Source: an uncultured Hyphomonas sp. (lineage in GTDB: Bacteria > Pseudomonadota > Alphaproteobacteria > Caulobacterales > Hyphomonadaceae). Taken from it: a stretch of DNA of 32,000 bases. Shown here piece after piece: positions 8,864 through 16,972 of this stretch (positions within the stretch are counted from its first letter, which is position 1; every line of letters begins with the position of its first letter). The notes under the pieces are model-generated. The model worked only from the letters and a program-made list of their open reading frames with translations, was not told the origin of the DNA and did no database searches. The translations under genes and the position numbers were made by a program. The stretch is taken from the NCBI GenBank assembly GCA_964351695.1, contig CAYGPE010000001.1:85106-117105 (forward strand), in the 5' to 3' direction.

Positions 8864-10402
8864 CTACTTTTCCGACAAATCAGATGTGGCGAGCCTGATG
8901 GTGAACACCTTGTCGCGGACGTTGCGATCGATCCGCGCCCGGTTCGCAGCGCGGTGGTCATCCGGGTCTCGTCCCCATGCGCCGCCGCGCAAAACTCTGC
9001 GTCCGCAGTCGCCGTTTGTCCGCGCCGTTCCATCAACTGGGGCGGCCGTATATGAATTGACGTAGCAGTCTTGCACCCACTCACGCGCGTTCACCAACAT
9101 GCCTTTTACGCCAAATGGGTTTGCAGGCAGGCTGGCGGCGTCTCGCGGGGCGCTCATTGGCGCAATCGAGCGGTCAAAGCTGGCACCCCACCAATAGGGT
9201 GTGTTGGTTCCAGCGCGCGCAGCATATTCCCATTCTGCCTCAGTCGGCAGGCGATAGGCGCGTCCGGATTTGGCTGAGAGCCAGCTCGTATAAGACTGCG
9301 CATCTTGCCACGAAATGCTCAGCACAGGCAGGCCACCACGGCCAAAACCATGATCAGATGGTGAATATGAGCAGCCGCCATCGGCGATGCAGGCGTCCCA
9401 CTGATCAAATGTCACCTCTGTCTCACTGATCGCGAAAGGCTGGACCGTGACGGTGTGCAGTGGGCCTTCATTTCCGGTGCGGCCAAGCTCCGTATCGGGT
9501 GATCCCATCTGGAATGCCCCGCCAGGCAGGGCGATCATTGTTGGGCATGTATCACAATCTGCAAACTGGCCGGGCGTGGTGGTCGTCTCGGTCTCTGCGG
9601 TTTCGGTACTGTCTTGATCACCGCCGCCTGACATGGCTTGGATTACGAAATAGCCAGCCACGAGTGATAGCGCGGCGGCGCCAATGATCAAAGGCAATTT
9701 GCTCGAAGAAGACTTTTCATCCTGGCTTGTTATCGGCTTTTTGGGCGCAGGTTTTGGGGTGGGTTTAGTCGCGGGCGCTGCCACAGGTGCCTCTGGTTCG
9801 GGCGTCAACGCAGGTGTTAAAGAGGTGAGGCGATTGCGCGCAAGGTCCGAGAAATGGCCCTCAGGATAGCGTTTCAGGTAGGCCTCATAGTCAGACGCCT
9901 CCGTGCTGGCCTGTATTGTGGTCCAGAACGTATTCTCCATGGTGAGGTCAGAGGTTGGATCAGATGGAACCGTCTCAACCGCCATAGGCTCGGCGGGCGC
10001 CGCACCACCATGTGAGGCCACAGCAGATTTGATATCTGCGATAAAACGCTGCCAGCGCGCTTCTGTACGGTCGCCGTCCCAGCCGATAAGGTCAGCTGAC
10101 TGGGTTAGCTCGAACATAATCGGGCGTTCGGCATCATCGATCATCGCGGGAATGAGCGTAGATGTACGTTCGCCAAGTGTCGCCTCTGTGCGCACCCATT
10201 TTGATTTTACCGAAACCTCTGACCACAACACGACAACCACACTGGCGTCGCGTAGCATGCCCTCGGTCACTTCGTCATAGGTCTGTCCAGCCTTGAGGAT
10301 TTTATCCCACCAGACGGTGAGCCCCTCATCCTCAAGTGCGTGTGCGATCATCTCGGCGCGCGGACGATCCGCGCGGCTATAGGATAGAAAAATAACCGCC
10401 AA
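8864..10402 (-). CDS. TIR-domain membrane protein with a C-terminal extracytoplasmic FGE-sulfatase (SUMF1/EgtB/PvdO)-like domain
   Basis: TTG start at 10402 preceded by GAGGGAGAGGG. It opens with 'VIFLSYSRAD'. The next Met (aa 18) would delete the first TIR strand. A single TM follows, then 'RLPTEAEWEYAARAG' and 'RVLRGGAW' (FGE-sulfatase fold). Confidence 0.85.
   Translation of the reverse strand: MAVIFLSYSRADRPRAEMIAHALEDEGLTVWWDKILKAGQTYDEVTEGMLRDASVVVVLWSEVSVKSKWVRTEATLGERTSTLIPAMIDDAERPIMFELTQSADLIGWDGDRTEARWQRFIADIKSAVASHGGAAPAEPMAVETVPSDPTSDLTMENTFWTTIQASTEASDYEAYLKRYPEGHFSDLARNRLTSLTPALTPEPEAPVAAPATKPTPKPAPKKPITSQDEKSSSSKLPLIIGAAALSLVAGYFVIQAMSGGGDQDSTETAETETTTTPGQFADCDTCPTMIALPGGAFQMGSPDTELGRTGNEGPLHTVTVQPFAISETEVTFDQWDACIADGGCSYSPSDHGFGRGGLPVLSISWQDAQSYTSWLSAKSGRAYRLPTEAEWEYAARAGTNTPYWWGASFDRSIAPMSAPRDAASLPANPFGVKGMLVNAREWVQDCYVNSYTAAPVDGTARTNGDCGRRVLRGGAWGRDPDDHRAANRARIDRNVRDKVFTIRLATSDLSEK
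8888..9571 (-). other. FGE-sulfatase-like domain (aa 278-505), predicted periplasmic
   Basis: 'MIALPGGAFQMGS', 'LPVLSISWQDAQSYTSWLS', 'YRLPTEAEWEYAARAG' and 'RVLRGGAWGRDPDDHRAANR'. Six Cys occur here and none in aa 1-235. Confidence 0.75.
9635..9697 (-). other. Single transmembrane helix (aa 236-256)
   Basis: 'LPLIIGAAALSLVAGYFVIQA'. The Lys-rich 'KPAPKKP...K' segment lies before it and the acidic 'GGGDQDSTETAETE' segment after it, which indicates N-in/C-out. Confidence 0.75.
10073..10399 (-). other. TIR domain (aa 2-110) of the 512-aa protein
   Basis: 'VIFLSYSRADRPRAEMIAHALEDEGLTVWWD...VVVVLWSEVSVKSKWVRTEATLG'. Glu73 is at the position of the TIR catalytic Glu. Confidence 0.8.
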
Positions 10403-10506
10403 AACCCTCTCCCTCTCGCAAGGTTTTGCCCATAAAGGGCTGTTTTGAAGGACTATTACATACTATTGCGCAAGAACAAATGACTATCGGTGTGTCACTA
10501 GTCTAC

Positions 10507-11229
10507 TTACCCTATGGCAGCTTTTTGTGCCGCGAAAAGCTCAGTGCACCCTTTTTCAGCCAATCGCATCATCTCGTCGAGTTCGGTGCGCGTCATCGGC
10601 CGCTCTTCGCCTGTGCCTTGCACTTCTATGAAGCCACCATCAGAACTCATGACAACATTCATGTCGGCTTCGCCTTTAGAGTCTTCTGGATAGTCGACAT
10701 CCAGAACTGGCATGTCCTGAAACAGGCCCACGGATATCGCGGCAGCTTGCTTAAGGATCGGGTCTTTCTCGATCACGCCCTCTGCTTTGAGATATTTCAT
10801 AGCCATAGCCAGCGCGACATATCCCCCTGTGATCGAGGCGGTACGTGTGCCGCCATCGGCTTGAATAACGTCGCAATCCACAGTGATCTGGTTTTCACCG
10901 AGCGCGGTAAGGTCGACGACTGATCGCAAAGAGCGCCCAATCAGGCGCTGGATTTCCTGGGTGCGCCCTGACTGCTTGCCGCGCGCCGCCTCGCGGTTGC
11001 CGCGCGTGTGTGTGGCGCGGGGCAGCATACCATACTCGCCGGTGACCCAGCCCTTGCCGCTGCCGCGCATCCAGCCGGGCACTTTGTCAGTCCAACTTGC
11101 CGTGCACAGCACATGGGTATGACCGAATTTTGCCAGGCAAGAGCCCTCGGCATAGCGGGTGACGCCCGTTTCGAGGCTGATCTCACGCAGCTGATCGGCA
11201 GCACGGCCGGAAGGGCGGACAAGTGTCAT
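10507..11229 (-). CDS. rph: Ribonuclease PH
   Basis: '[41 protein letters not shown]' and '[13 protein letters not shown]'. Length is 240 aa. Confidence 0.9.
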   Translation of the reverse strand: MTLVRPSGRAADQLREISLETGVTRYAEGSCLAKFGHTHVLCTASWTDKVPGWMRGSGKGWVTGEYGMLPRATHTRGNREAARGKQSGRTQEIQRLIGRSLRSVVDLTALGENQITVDCDVIQADGGTRTASITGGYVALAMAMKYLKAEGVIEKDPILKQAAAISVGLFQDMPVLDVDYPEDSKGEADMNVVMSSDGGFIEVQGTGEERPMTRTELDEMMRLAEKGCTELFAAQKAAIG

Positions 11230-11312
11230 TGGAAGTCTTTCTCATTAAGTTGTGAGCCGCAAATTGCGGGTTTCGCCAGATGTGTCTAGCCTCTGTATAA
11301 ATCGGGACAAGG

Positions 11313-11945
11313 ATGGCGTGCATGAGCAAGACGGATTTGAAAGCCGCAGCACGCGCGTCTGTGCGCCCTCGCCGTAGTCTGGGGTATGAAATTGCACGGT
11401 TTTTCTTTGTCGGTTTCCATAAGCTTTCGGGTTGGAGCGTAGAAAGCGCCATGCCGCCGGACCTCAAAACAGTCATCATCGCCGCACCGCATTCCACCAA
11501 TTGGGATCTGCCACGCATGCTTGGCATAGCGTTTTACTATCGTATCCCGGTCCGTTGGATGGGGAAACGCAAGCTTGGCGAAGGGCCATTTGGATGGATG
11601 ATGCGTTGGTGGGGTTTGCTGCCCGTTGATCGGGAAAAGTCGATGAGCATTGTGCAGCAAGTGTCCGATGCGTTTGACGATGCGGAAGAGATGATAGTGG
11701 TCATCGCGCCGGAAGGAACGCGCTCGAAGGTGAAGCGTTGGAAGACGGGGTTTTATAATATCGCTCTGGCGGCGCAGGTGCCGATATGCCTTGGCTATAT
11801 CGACTATGACCGCAAAACTGGCGGCGTAGGCGGCCCGGTTATGCCGACCGGCGATTTTGTCGAGGATATGGAAAAAATCTTCGAATTCTACGACACGCAC
11901 TTGCAGAATTTTGAGCCACCATCCCTGCGAATGCCAGACGAGTAG
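11313..11945 (+). CDS. PlsC-like lysophospholipid / 1-acyl-sn-glycerol-3-phosphate acyltransferase family protein
   Basis: HX4D motif 'HSTNWD' and 'VIAPEGTRSK'. The start could be 11313 or the next ATG at 11322. Confidence 0.7.
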   Translation: MACMSKTDLKAAARASVRPRRSLGYEIARFFFVGFHKLSGWSVESAMPPDLKTVIIAAPHSTNWDLPRMLGIAFYYRIPVRWMGKRKLGEGPFGWMMRWWGLLPVDREKSMSIVQQVSDAFDDAEEMIVVIAPEGTRSKVKRWKTGFYNIALAAQVPICLGYIDYDRKTGGVGGPVMPTGDFVEDMEKIFEFYDTHLQNFEPPSLRMPDE

Positions 11946-11955
11946 CGGTTGACGG

Positions 11956-11984
11956 ATTGAAACACACCGTGCGCAAGCTTATCC
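11956..11984 (+). promoter_or_regulatory. Candidate sigma32-type promoter for hrcA-grpE
   Basis: aTTG (11956-11959), N18, CTTATCC (11978-11984), compared with the alphaproteobacterial consensus CTTG-N17/18-CYTATNT. It ends 8 nt before the hrcA ATG and no SD is present, so the mRNA would be nearly leaderless. Confidence 0.3.
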
Positions 11985-11992
11985 CTTAAGAC

Positions 11993-13069
11993 ATGACTGA
12001 GCCGAAAAACGCTTCCTTGATGCAAGTGCTGGATACGCGCTCACGCGATATATTCCGGCATGTTGTTGAAACGTATTTAGAGACCGGTGAACCGGTTGGC
12101 TCGCGCACGCTTTCAAAGAGCGGGATACAGCTTTCTGCCGCGTCGATCCGCAATGTTATGGCTGACCTGCGTGACCTTGGTTTGATTGATGCCCCACATA
12201 TCTCGGCAGGGCGTATTCCGACCCATGCGGGGTTGCGGCTTTTTGTGGATGGGTTTTTGGAGCTCGGCGAGCCGGGAGAACAGGACAAAGCTGAAATAGA
12301 TGCCCGCCTGAACGCTGTTCACGGCGATTTTGGTAGCGTCTTGAAGGAAGCCTCATCCATTCTATCTGGCTTGGCGGGCGGCGCGGGGTTGGTTTCTTCA
12401 CCCAAGGAAGACGCGCCTGTGCGCCATGTCGAATTCGTGCCGCTCTCCACGGGCGAGGCGCTATGCGTATTGGTCAATGAGCGCGGCGATGTTGAAAACC
12501 GACTCGTCAAATTGCCGAAGGGGTTGCCGCAGACGGCTCTGATTGAGGCAGGCAACTATCTGGCGACTCGCATGAAGGGCAAAACATTGTTCGAGGCGAG
12601 CGCTGAGGTGCGCCGCGAAATATCAGAGCACCGGGCGCAGCTCGATAGCGCGGCGAGTGATCTAGTCGAGCGCGGTCTCGCCCAATGGTCGGGGGCTTTA
12701 CCGGGCCAGGAGCGTGGTCTGATTGTGCAAGGCCGGGCTAATCTTCTGGAAGATACTCAGGCAGCCGAGGATATGGAGCGCGTCAGGCAGTTATTTGATG
12801 TACTTGAGCGCCAGAAGGGCTTGCTGGATGTCCTCGACTCGACGCAGGAGGCAGACGGCGTGCGGCTCTTCATCGGATCGGAAAACAGTCTTTTTCCATT
12901 GTCGGGTTCAAGCGTCATTGTTGCGCCCTATATAAGCGCTTCGAAACAGGTTATCGGCGCGCTCGGCGTGATTGGGCCGACGCGCTTAAACTATGCCCGG
13001 GTGATCCCGATGGTGGACTATACAGCGCGGATGGTGGGGCAAGTGCTTGGCCGCCGCGGACAAGAGTGA
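11993..13069 (+). CDS. hrcA: Heat-inducible transcriptional repressor HrcA
   Basis: 'SRDIFRHVVETYLETGEPVGSRTLS' and 'ASIRNVMADLRDLGLI'. Length is 358 aa. Confidence 0.9.
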   Translation: MTEPKNASLMQVLDTRSRDIFRHVVETYLETGEPVGSRTLSKSGIQLSAASIRNVMADLRDLGLIDAPHISAGRIPTHAGLRLFVDGFLELGEPGEQDKAEIDARLNAVHGDFGSVLKEASSILSGLAGGAGLVSSPKEDAPVRHVEFVPLSTGEALCVLVNERGDVENRLVKLPKGLPQTALIEAGNYLATRMKGKTLFEASAEVRREISEHRAQLDSAASDLVERGLAQWSGALPGQERGLIVQGRANLLEDTQAAEDMERVRQLFDVLERQKGLLDVLDSTQEADGVRLFIGSENSLFPLSGSSVIVAPYISASKQVIGALGVIGPTRLNYARVIPMVDYTARMVGQVLGRRGQE

Positions 13070-13078
13070 GAGACGATA

Positions 13079-13771
13079 ATGAGCGACGATACAGTCAAGG
13101 ATGAGATGCCGGAACTTGGCCAGAATGCCTCGAAATCTGACCTGAAGTCGGCTGCAGATGATATCCTCAAGGCGGCCAGAAAGGCTGACAAAGCCGCGGC
13201 TGCTGAGGCTGAGGCCACCGGAGAAGATGCAGGCGAAGAAGAATTCGGTGAGCCGGTACATGAGCTTGAACCCGAAATTCAGCACACGCCCGAACAGCAG
13301 ATAATGATACTTGAGGCCGAAAAGGAAGAGATGCGTGATCAACTCCTGCGCACGCTCGCCGAGGCGGAAAACATTCGTAAGCGAGCCGAACGCGAAAAGA
13401 CCGAAGCGCGTATCTATGCGATCGAAAAATTCGCACGCGATTTGCTCAGCGTCTCAGACAATCTAGCCCGCGCATTAGAGGCCTTACCGGAGGCTGAAAA
13501 GGCCGTCCTGACTGAAGCAGGTAAGGGATTGCTCGGCGGTATTGAAATGACAGAGAAAGAGCTGCAAACCGTTCTCTCCCGTCATGGCGTGACCACGATT
13601 GAAGCCGAGCCGGGCAGCGCGTTTGACCCGAATCTTCATCAGGCCGTCGCGAACATTCCGTCAGAACACCCGGCTGGGACGATTGCGTCTCACTTCCAGG
13701 CGGGCTGGAAAATCGGTGACCGTACCCTGCGTGCGGCCATGGTCGCTGTGAGTGCTGGCGAGGCGAATTAG
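13079..13771 (+). CDS. grpE: Nucleotide exchange factor GrpE
   Basis: 'LRTLAEAENIRKRAEREKTEARIYAIEKFARDLL' and 'FDPNLHQAV'. It starts 9 nt after hrcA. Confidence 0.9.
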   Translation: MSDDTVKDEMPELGQNASKSDLKSAADDILKAARKADKAAAAEAEATGEDAGEEEFGEPVHELEPEIQHTPEQQIMILEAEKEEMRDQLLRTLAEAENIRKRAEREKTEARIYAIEKFARDLLSVSDNLARALEALPEAEKAVLTEAGKGLLGGIEMTEKELQTVLSRHGVTTIEAEPGSAFDPNLHQAVANIPSEHPAGTIASHFQAGWKIGDRTLRAAMVAVSAGEAN

Positions 13772-13840
13772 CTCAGCTTGTCGCCTTCATTGCTTTACGA
13801 CTAACAGTCTTCAGACAAGTGGCTAGGGCGAATGCGCCTG

Positions 13841-14725
13841 CTACTCGACCTGCCATGCGGTGAGGCTGCCTGGTTTCCAGTTGGGGACGATGATCAGGTC
13901 ACCAACGCGGGTAAGATCGTTTTGGTAGATCTCACCCGGTTCCGTATTCAGCAGCGAAACAACGCGTCCATCTGTGCCCACATGCCAGATCCGGCCCGGC
14001 CAGCTAGATACCAGATAGCTACCATCATCAAGGATTGCGATGCCATCAGCATCGGGCATGCCCGACGCAATCTCGGTTACAGTCTGGTCGCCTGAAATTG
14101 AAACAAGTTGGCCCGCCGACATGGTGGCCGCCAGCAAGGTATCGCCTTGTGGCAACAGGCCGTTCAAGCCGCCAAGGTCGTCGCCCTCGCGCCAGGCCTT
14201 GTAGCCGTTGACGTCGAGTTGAAAGATAGTGCCTGTCGCAGAGTCGGAGGCAAAAACACCATTTTGCCAAACCGTCACATCATTCAAGAAGCCCGCTTCG
14301 GGGACGTCATATGTGTTGATGATTTCGCCAGTCTCTACATCTATCGTGTGGTAGGCATCAATATCAGTAACAAACAGGACATCGCCGCGTACCGCCATAC
14401 CTTTTGGGGCGTTCAGGCCCTTTGCCCATTGCGCATCAAGAATGCGCCCATCCATGCTGACGCGGGAAATCCAACCCTCACCATCCTTATCTGCGGCCTC
14501 ACCTGAAACGTTGGAGATAAACAGCACGTCATTATATACGGCGACGCCTTCTGGGTCTGAGAAACCGTCTGTCTGCCACACTTGTTGCAGTTTCGGCGTG
14601 CCTGCACTAGGCATCTCTGCCTCCGACGAGGCAGCGGGTTCCGCTGGTGCAGCGCTGTTTTCGGTTGGTGCGCCCTGACTGCAGGCGGTAATCAGTGCGG
14701 CGAGTATCAAGGACTTAATTTGCAT
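13841..14725 (-). CDS. Lipoprotein with a beta-propeller fold (SMP-30/gluconolactonase/NHL-like)
   Basis: 'MQIKSLILAALITAC' carries a lipobox. Repeated 'G(V/M)AV..D.LF..D'-type strands follow. The family assignment is tentative. Confidence 0.6.
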   Translation of the reverse strand: MQIKSLILAALITACSQGAPTENSAAPAEPAASSEAEMPSAGTPKLQQVWQTDGFSDPEGVAVYNDVLFISNVSGEAADKDGEGWISRVSMDGRILDAQWAKGLNAPKGMAVRGDVLFVTDIDAYHTIDVETGEIINTYDVPEAGFLNDVTVWQNGVFASDSATGTIFQLDVNGYKAWREGDDLGGLNGLLPQGDTLLAATMSAGQLVSISGDQTVTEIASGMPDADGIAILDDGSYLVSSWPGRIWHVGTDGRVVSLLNTEPGEIYQNDLTRVGDLIIVPNWKPGSLTAWQVE

Positions 14726-14830
14726 GTGGAGCCTCCTTTCGGCAGCATGCGCAACTTATGTGGCAGAAATGTGCGGGGCGTGCCCGCAGGACCACACTGA
14801 ACAAGGAAGTGAAACAATCCCATTTCCCCC

Positions 14831-14858
14831 CTTGAACCCGAGGCGGGATTCACCACAT
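14831..14858 (+). promoter_or_regulatory. Candidate sigma32 heat-shock promoter of dnaK
   Basis: CCCCCTTGAA (-35, CTTGAA at 14831-14836), a 14-nt spacer, then CACCACAT (14851-14858). The E. coli-type consensus is CTTGAA-N13-15-CCCCATNT. A lone TATAAT at 14910-14915 may mark a second promoter. Confidence 0.4.
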
Positions 14859-14995
14859 CGCACAATAACGGGATGAGCGGCATGAAAAGCCGTCCGCATC
14901 CCATTCTATTATAATCCAGAGTCGCTGGATGCCGGTGCTGCAAGTCAGGCCGAATCTAGGCACAAAGCGGCTGCTAATGAAGAAAGAAGACCATT

Positions 14996-16909
14996 ATGGG
15001 CAAAATTATCGGTATTGACCTCGGTACAACCAATAGCTGTGTGGCCGTTATGGACGGCGGCGATGCCAAAGTGATTGAAAATAGCGAAGGCGCGCGCACA
15101 ACCCCTTCAGTTGTTGCCTTTACGGAAAGCGGCGAGCGTCTGATCGGCATGCCAGCGCGTCGACAGGGTGTCACCAACCCAGATTTTACGTTCTACGCGA
15201 TCAAACGCCTGATCGGCCGGACGTATGATGATCCGACCGCTCAAAAGGACAAAGAGATGTCCCCATTTGAGATCGTCAAAGGCCCCGGCGGCGATGCTTG
15301 GGTTAAAGGCCGTGACAAGGATTACGCGCCGCAAGAGATTTCAGCCTTCATTCTGACCAAGATGAAAGAGACCGCGGAAGCCTATCTCGGCAGCGAAGTG
15401 ACGCAGGCCGTGATTACCGTTCCGGCCTACTTTAACGACGCCCAGCGTCAGGCCACTAAAGACGCGGGCAAGATTGCTGGCCTCGAAGTGCTGCGCATCA
15501 TCAACGAACCGACCGCTGCGGCGCTCGCTTATGGTCTCGACAAGGGCGAAAACAAGATCATCGCGGTTTATGACCTCGGTGGTGGTACGTTCGATGTGTC
15601 CTTGCTCGAAATCGGTGACGGCGTGTTTGAAGTCCTATCGACCAATGGTGATACATTCCTCGGCGGTGAAGACTTTGATATCCGCCTGTATGAGCACATC
15701 ATTGCCGAGTACAAAAAAGATACCAGCATTGATCTCAGCTCTGACAAGATGGCTGTACCGCGCATCCGTGAGGAAGCCGAGAAAGCCAAGAAAGAGCTGT
15801 CTTCCGCCTCGTCTTACGAAATCAACCTGCCCTTCATCACGGCTGATGCGAGCGGTCCTAAACACCTCAATATGAAGCTGACCCGTGCCAAGCTGGAAAG
15901 CCTGGTTGAGGATCTGATCAAGCGTACAATCGAACCGTGTAAGAAAGCCCTTGCGGATGCGGGCAAGTCGATTGGGGATCTGGATGAAATCGTTCTTGTT
16001 GGCGGTATGACCCGGATGCCAGCAGTTCAGCTCGCGGTTGAGAAATTCTTCGGTAAAGCGCCACATAAAGGCGTGAACCCGGATGAAGTCGTGGCGCTTG
16101 GTGCCGCCATTCAAGCGGGCGTGTTGCAAGGTGACGTGAAAGACGTTGTCCTGCTTGACGTAACGCCTCTTTCGCTGGGCATTGAAACATTGGGCGGTGT
16201 CTTCACGCGCCTGATTGACCGCAATACCACAATCCCGACAAAGAAGAGCCAGACCTTCTCGACGGCTGAAGACAATCAGCCAGCTGTGACAATCCGGGTC
16301 TTCCAGGGAGAGCGCGAAATGGCGGCGGACAATAAAATCCTCGGCCAGTTCAACCTCGAAGATATCCCGCCCGCACCGCGCGGCTTGCCGCAAATCGAAG
16401 TGACGTTTGACATTGACGCCAATGGTATCGTTTCAGTTGGCGCGAAAGACAAAGCGACGGGTAAAGAACAGCAAATCACCATTCAGGCCGATGGCGGCCT
16501 GTCGGATGATGATGTCGCCGCGATGATGAAGGATGCCGAGGCCAACGCTGAAGCTGACAAGGCGCGCCGCGATCTGGTCGAAGCGAAAAATAATGCTGAA
16601 GCCCTCGCGCATCAGACGGAAAAGCAGCTCGAAGAGCATGGCGACAAGGTTGGCGATGACGTGAAAACCGAGATCACCGATGCGATTGCGGCGTTGAAAA
16701 CCTCTGCTGAAGGCGACGACCTCGCCGACATTCAAGCCAAGCATCAGGAACTGATGACAGCGGCCATGAAGCTGGGCGAAGCAATTTACGGGGCGCAGCA
16801 AGCCGAAGCAGCTGAAGACGACGCCGCCGCAGACGCCGCTGCAGATGGCGATGATGTTGTCGATGCTGACTTTGAAGAAGTCGACGATGAGGATCGCCAA
16901 AGCGCCTAA
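14996..16909 (+). CDS. dnaK: Molecular chaperone DnaK (Hsp70)
   Basis: '[13 protein letters not shown]', '[20 protein letters not shown]' and '[10 protein letters not shown]'. Length is 637 aa with an acidic C-terminus. Confidence 0.97.
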   Translation: MGKIIGIDLGTTNSCVAVMDGGDAKVIENSEGARTTPSVVAFTESGERLIGMPARRQGVTNPDFTFYAIKRLIGRTYDDPTAQKDKEMSPFEIVKGPGGDAWVKGRDKDYAPQEISAFILTKMKETAEAYLGSEVTQAVITVPAYFNDAQRQATKDAGKIAGLEVLRIINEPTAAALAYGLDKGENKIIAVYDLGGGTFDVSLLEIGDGVFEVLSTNGDTFLGGEDFDIRLYEHIIAEYKKDTSIDLSSDKMAVPRIREEAEKAKKELSSASSYEINLPFITADASGPKHLNMKLTRAKLESLVEDLIKRTIEPCKKALADAGKSIGDLDEIVLVGGMTRMPAVQLAVEKFFGKAPHKGVNPDEVVALGAAIQAGVLQGDVKDVVLLDVTPLSLGIETLGGVFTRLIDRNTTIPTKKSQTFSTAEDNQPAVTIRVFQGEREMAADNKILGQFNLEDIPPAPRGLPQIEVTFDIDANGIVSVGAKDKATGKEQQITIQADGGLSDDDVAAMMKDAEANAEADKARRDLVEAKNNAEALAHQTEKQLEEHGDKVGDDVKTEITDAIAALKTSAEGDDLADIQAKHQELMTAAMKLGEAIYGAQQAEAAEDDAAADAAADGDDVVDADFEEVDDEDRQSA

Positions 16910-16935
16910 GCGCTAAAAATATAGTGGACTTATTT

Positions 16936-16967
16936 GAAACCCTGCCGGTTTGGCGGGGTTTCTTTTT
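16936..16967 (+). terminator. Intrinsic terminator after dnaK, possibly bidirectional
   Basis: An 11-bp stem: GAAACCCTGCC (16936-16946) pairs with GGCGGGGTTTC (16952-16962). The loop is 5 nt, followed by TTTTT. The convergent gene ends at 16973. Confidence 0.8.
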
Positions 16968-16972
16968 GGGCG

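Noticed and set aside
8721-9429. Several 68-114-aa ORFs on both strands across the FGE-like domain region
   Set aside because: All are nested within the 512-aa TIR-FGE frame, which has coherent domain motifs throughout.
8138-10402. Classifying the TIR pair as Thoeris, CBASS or Pycsar
   Set aside because: There is no ThsA-type SIR2/SLOG or Macro protein, no CD-NTase and no cyclase nearby. The TIR protein is itself membrane-anchored with an external domain, unlike ThsB.
7247-10506. Mobile-element hallmarks (integrase, transposase, tRNA target, direct repeats) at the borders of the accessory insert
   Set aside because: I compared the flanking intergenic sequences by eye and found no repeats and no recombinase ORF. 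The insert is therefore not called a mobile element.
11286-11900. 204-aa minus-strand ORF
   Set aside because: It is antisense to the acyltransferase gene, which carries the HX4D and PEGTR motifs. I see no recognisable motifs in the ORF itself.
15635-16393. 252-aa minus-strand ORF inside dnaK, and 155-aa ORF at 16433-16900
   Set aside because: They are antisense to the unmistakable DnaK frame, and their composition is typical of shadow ORFs.
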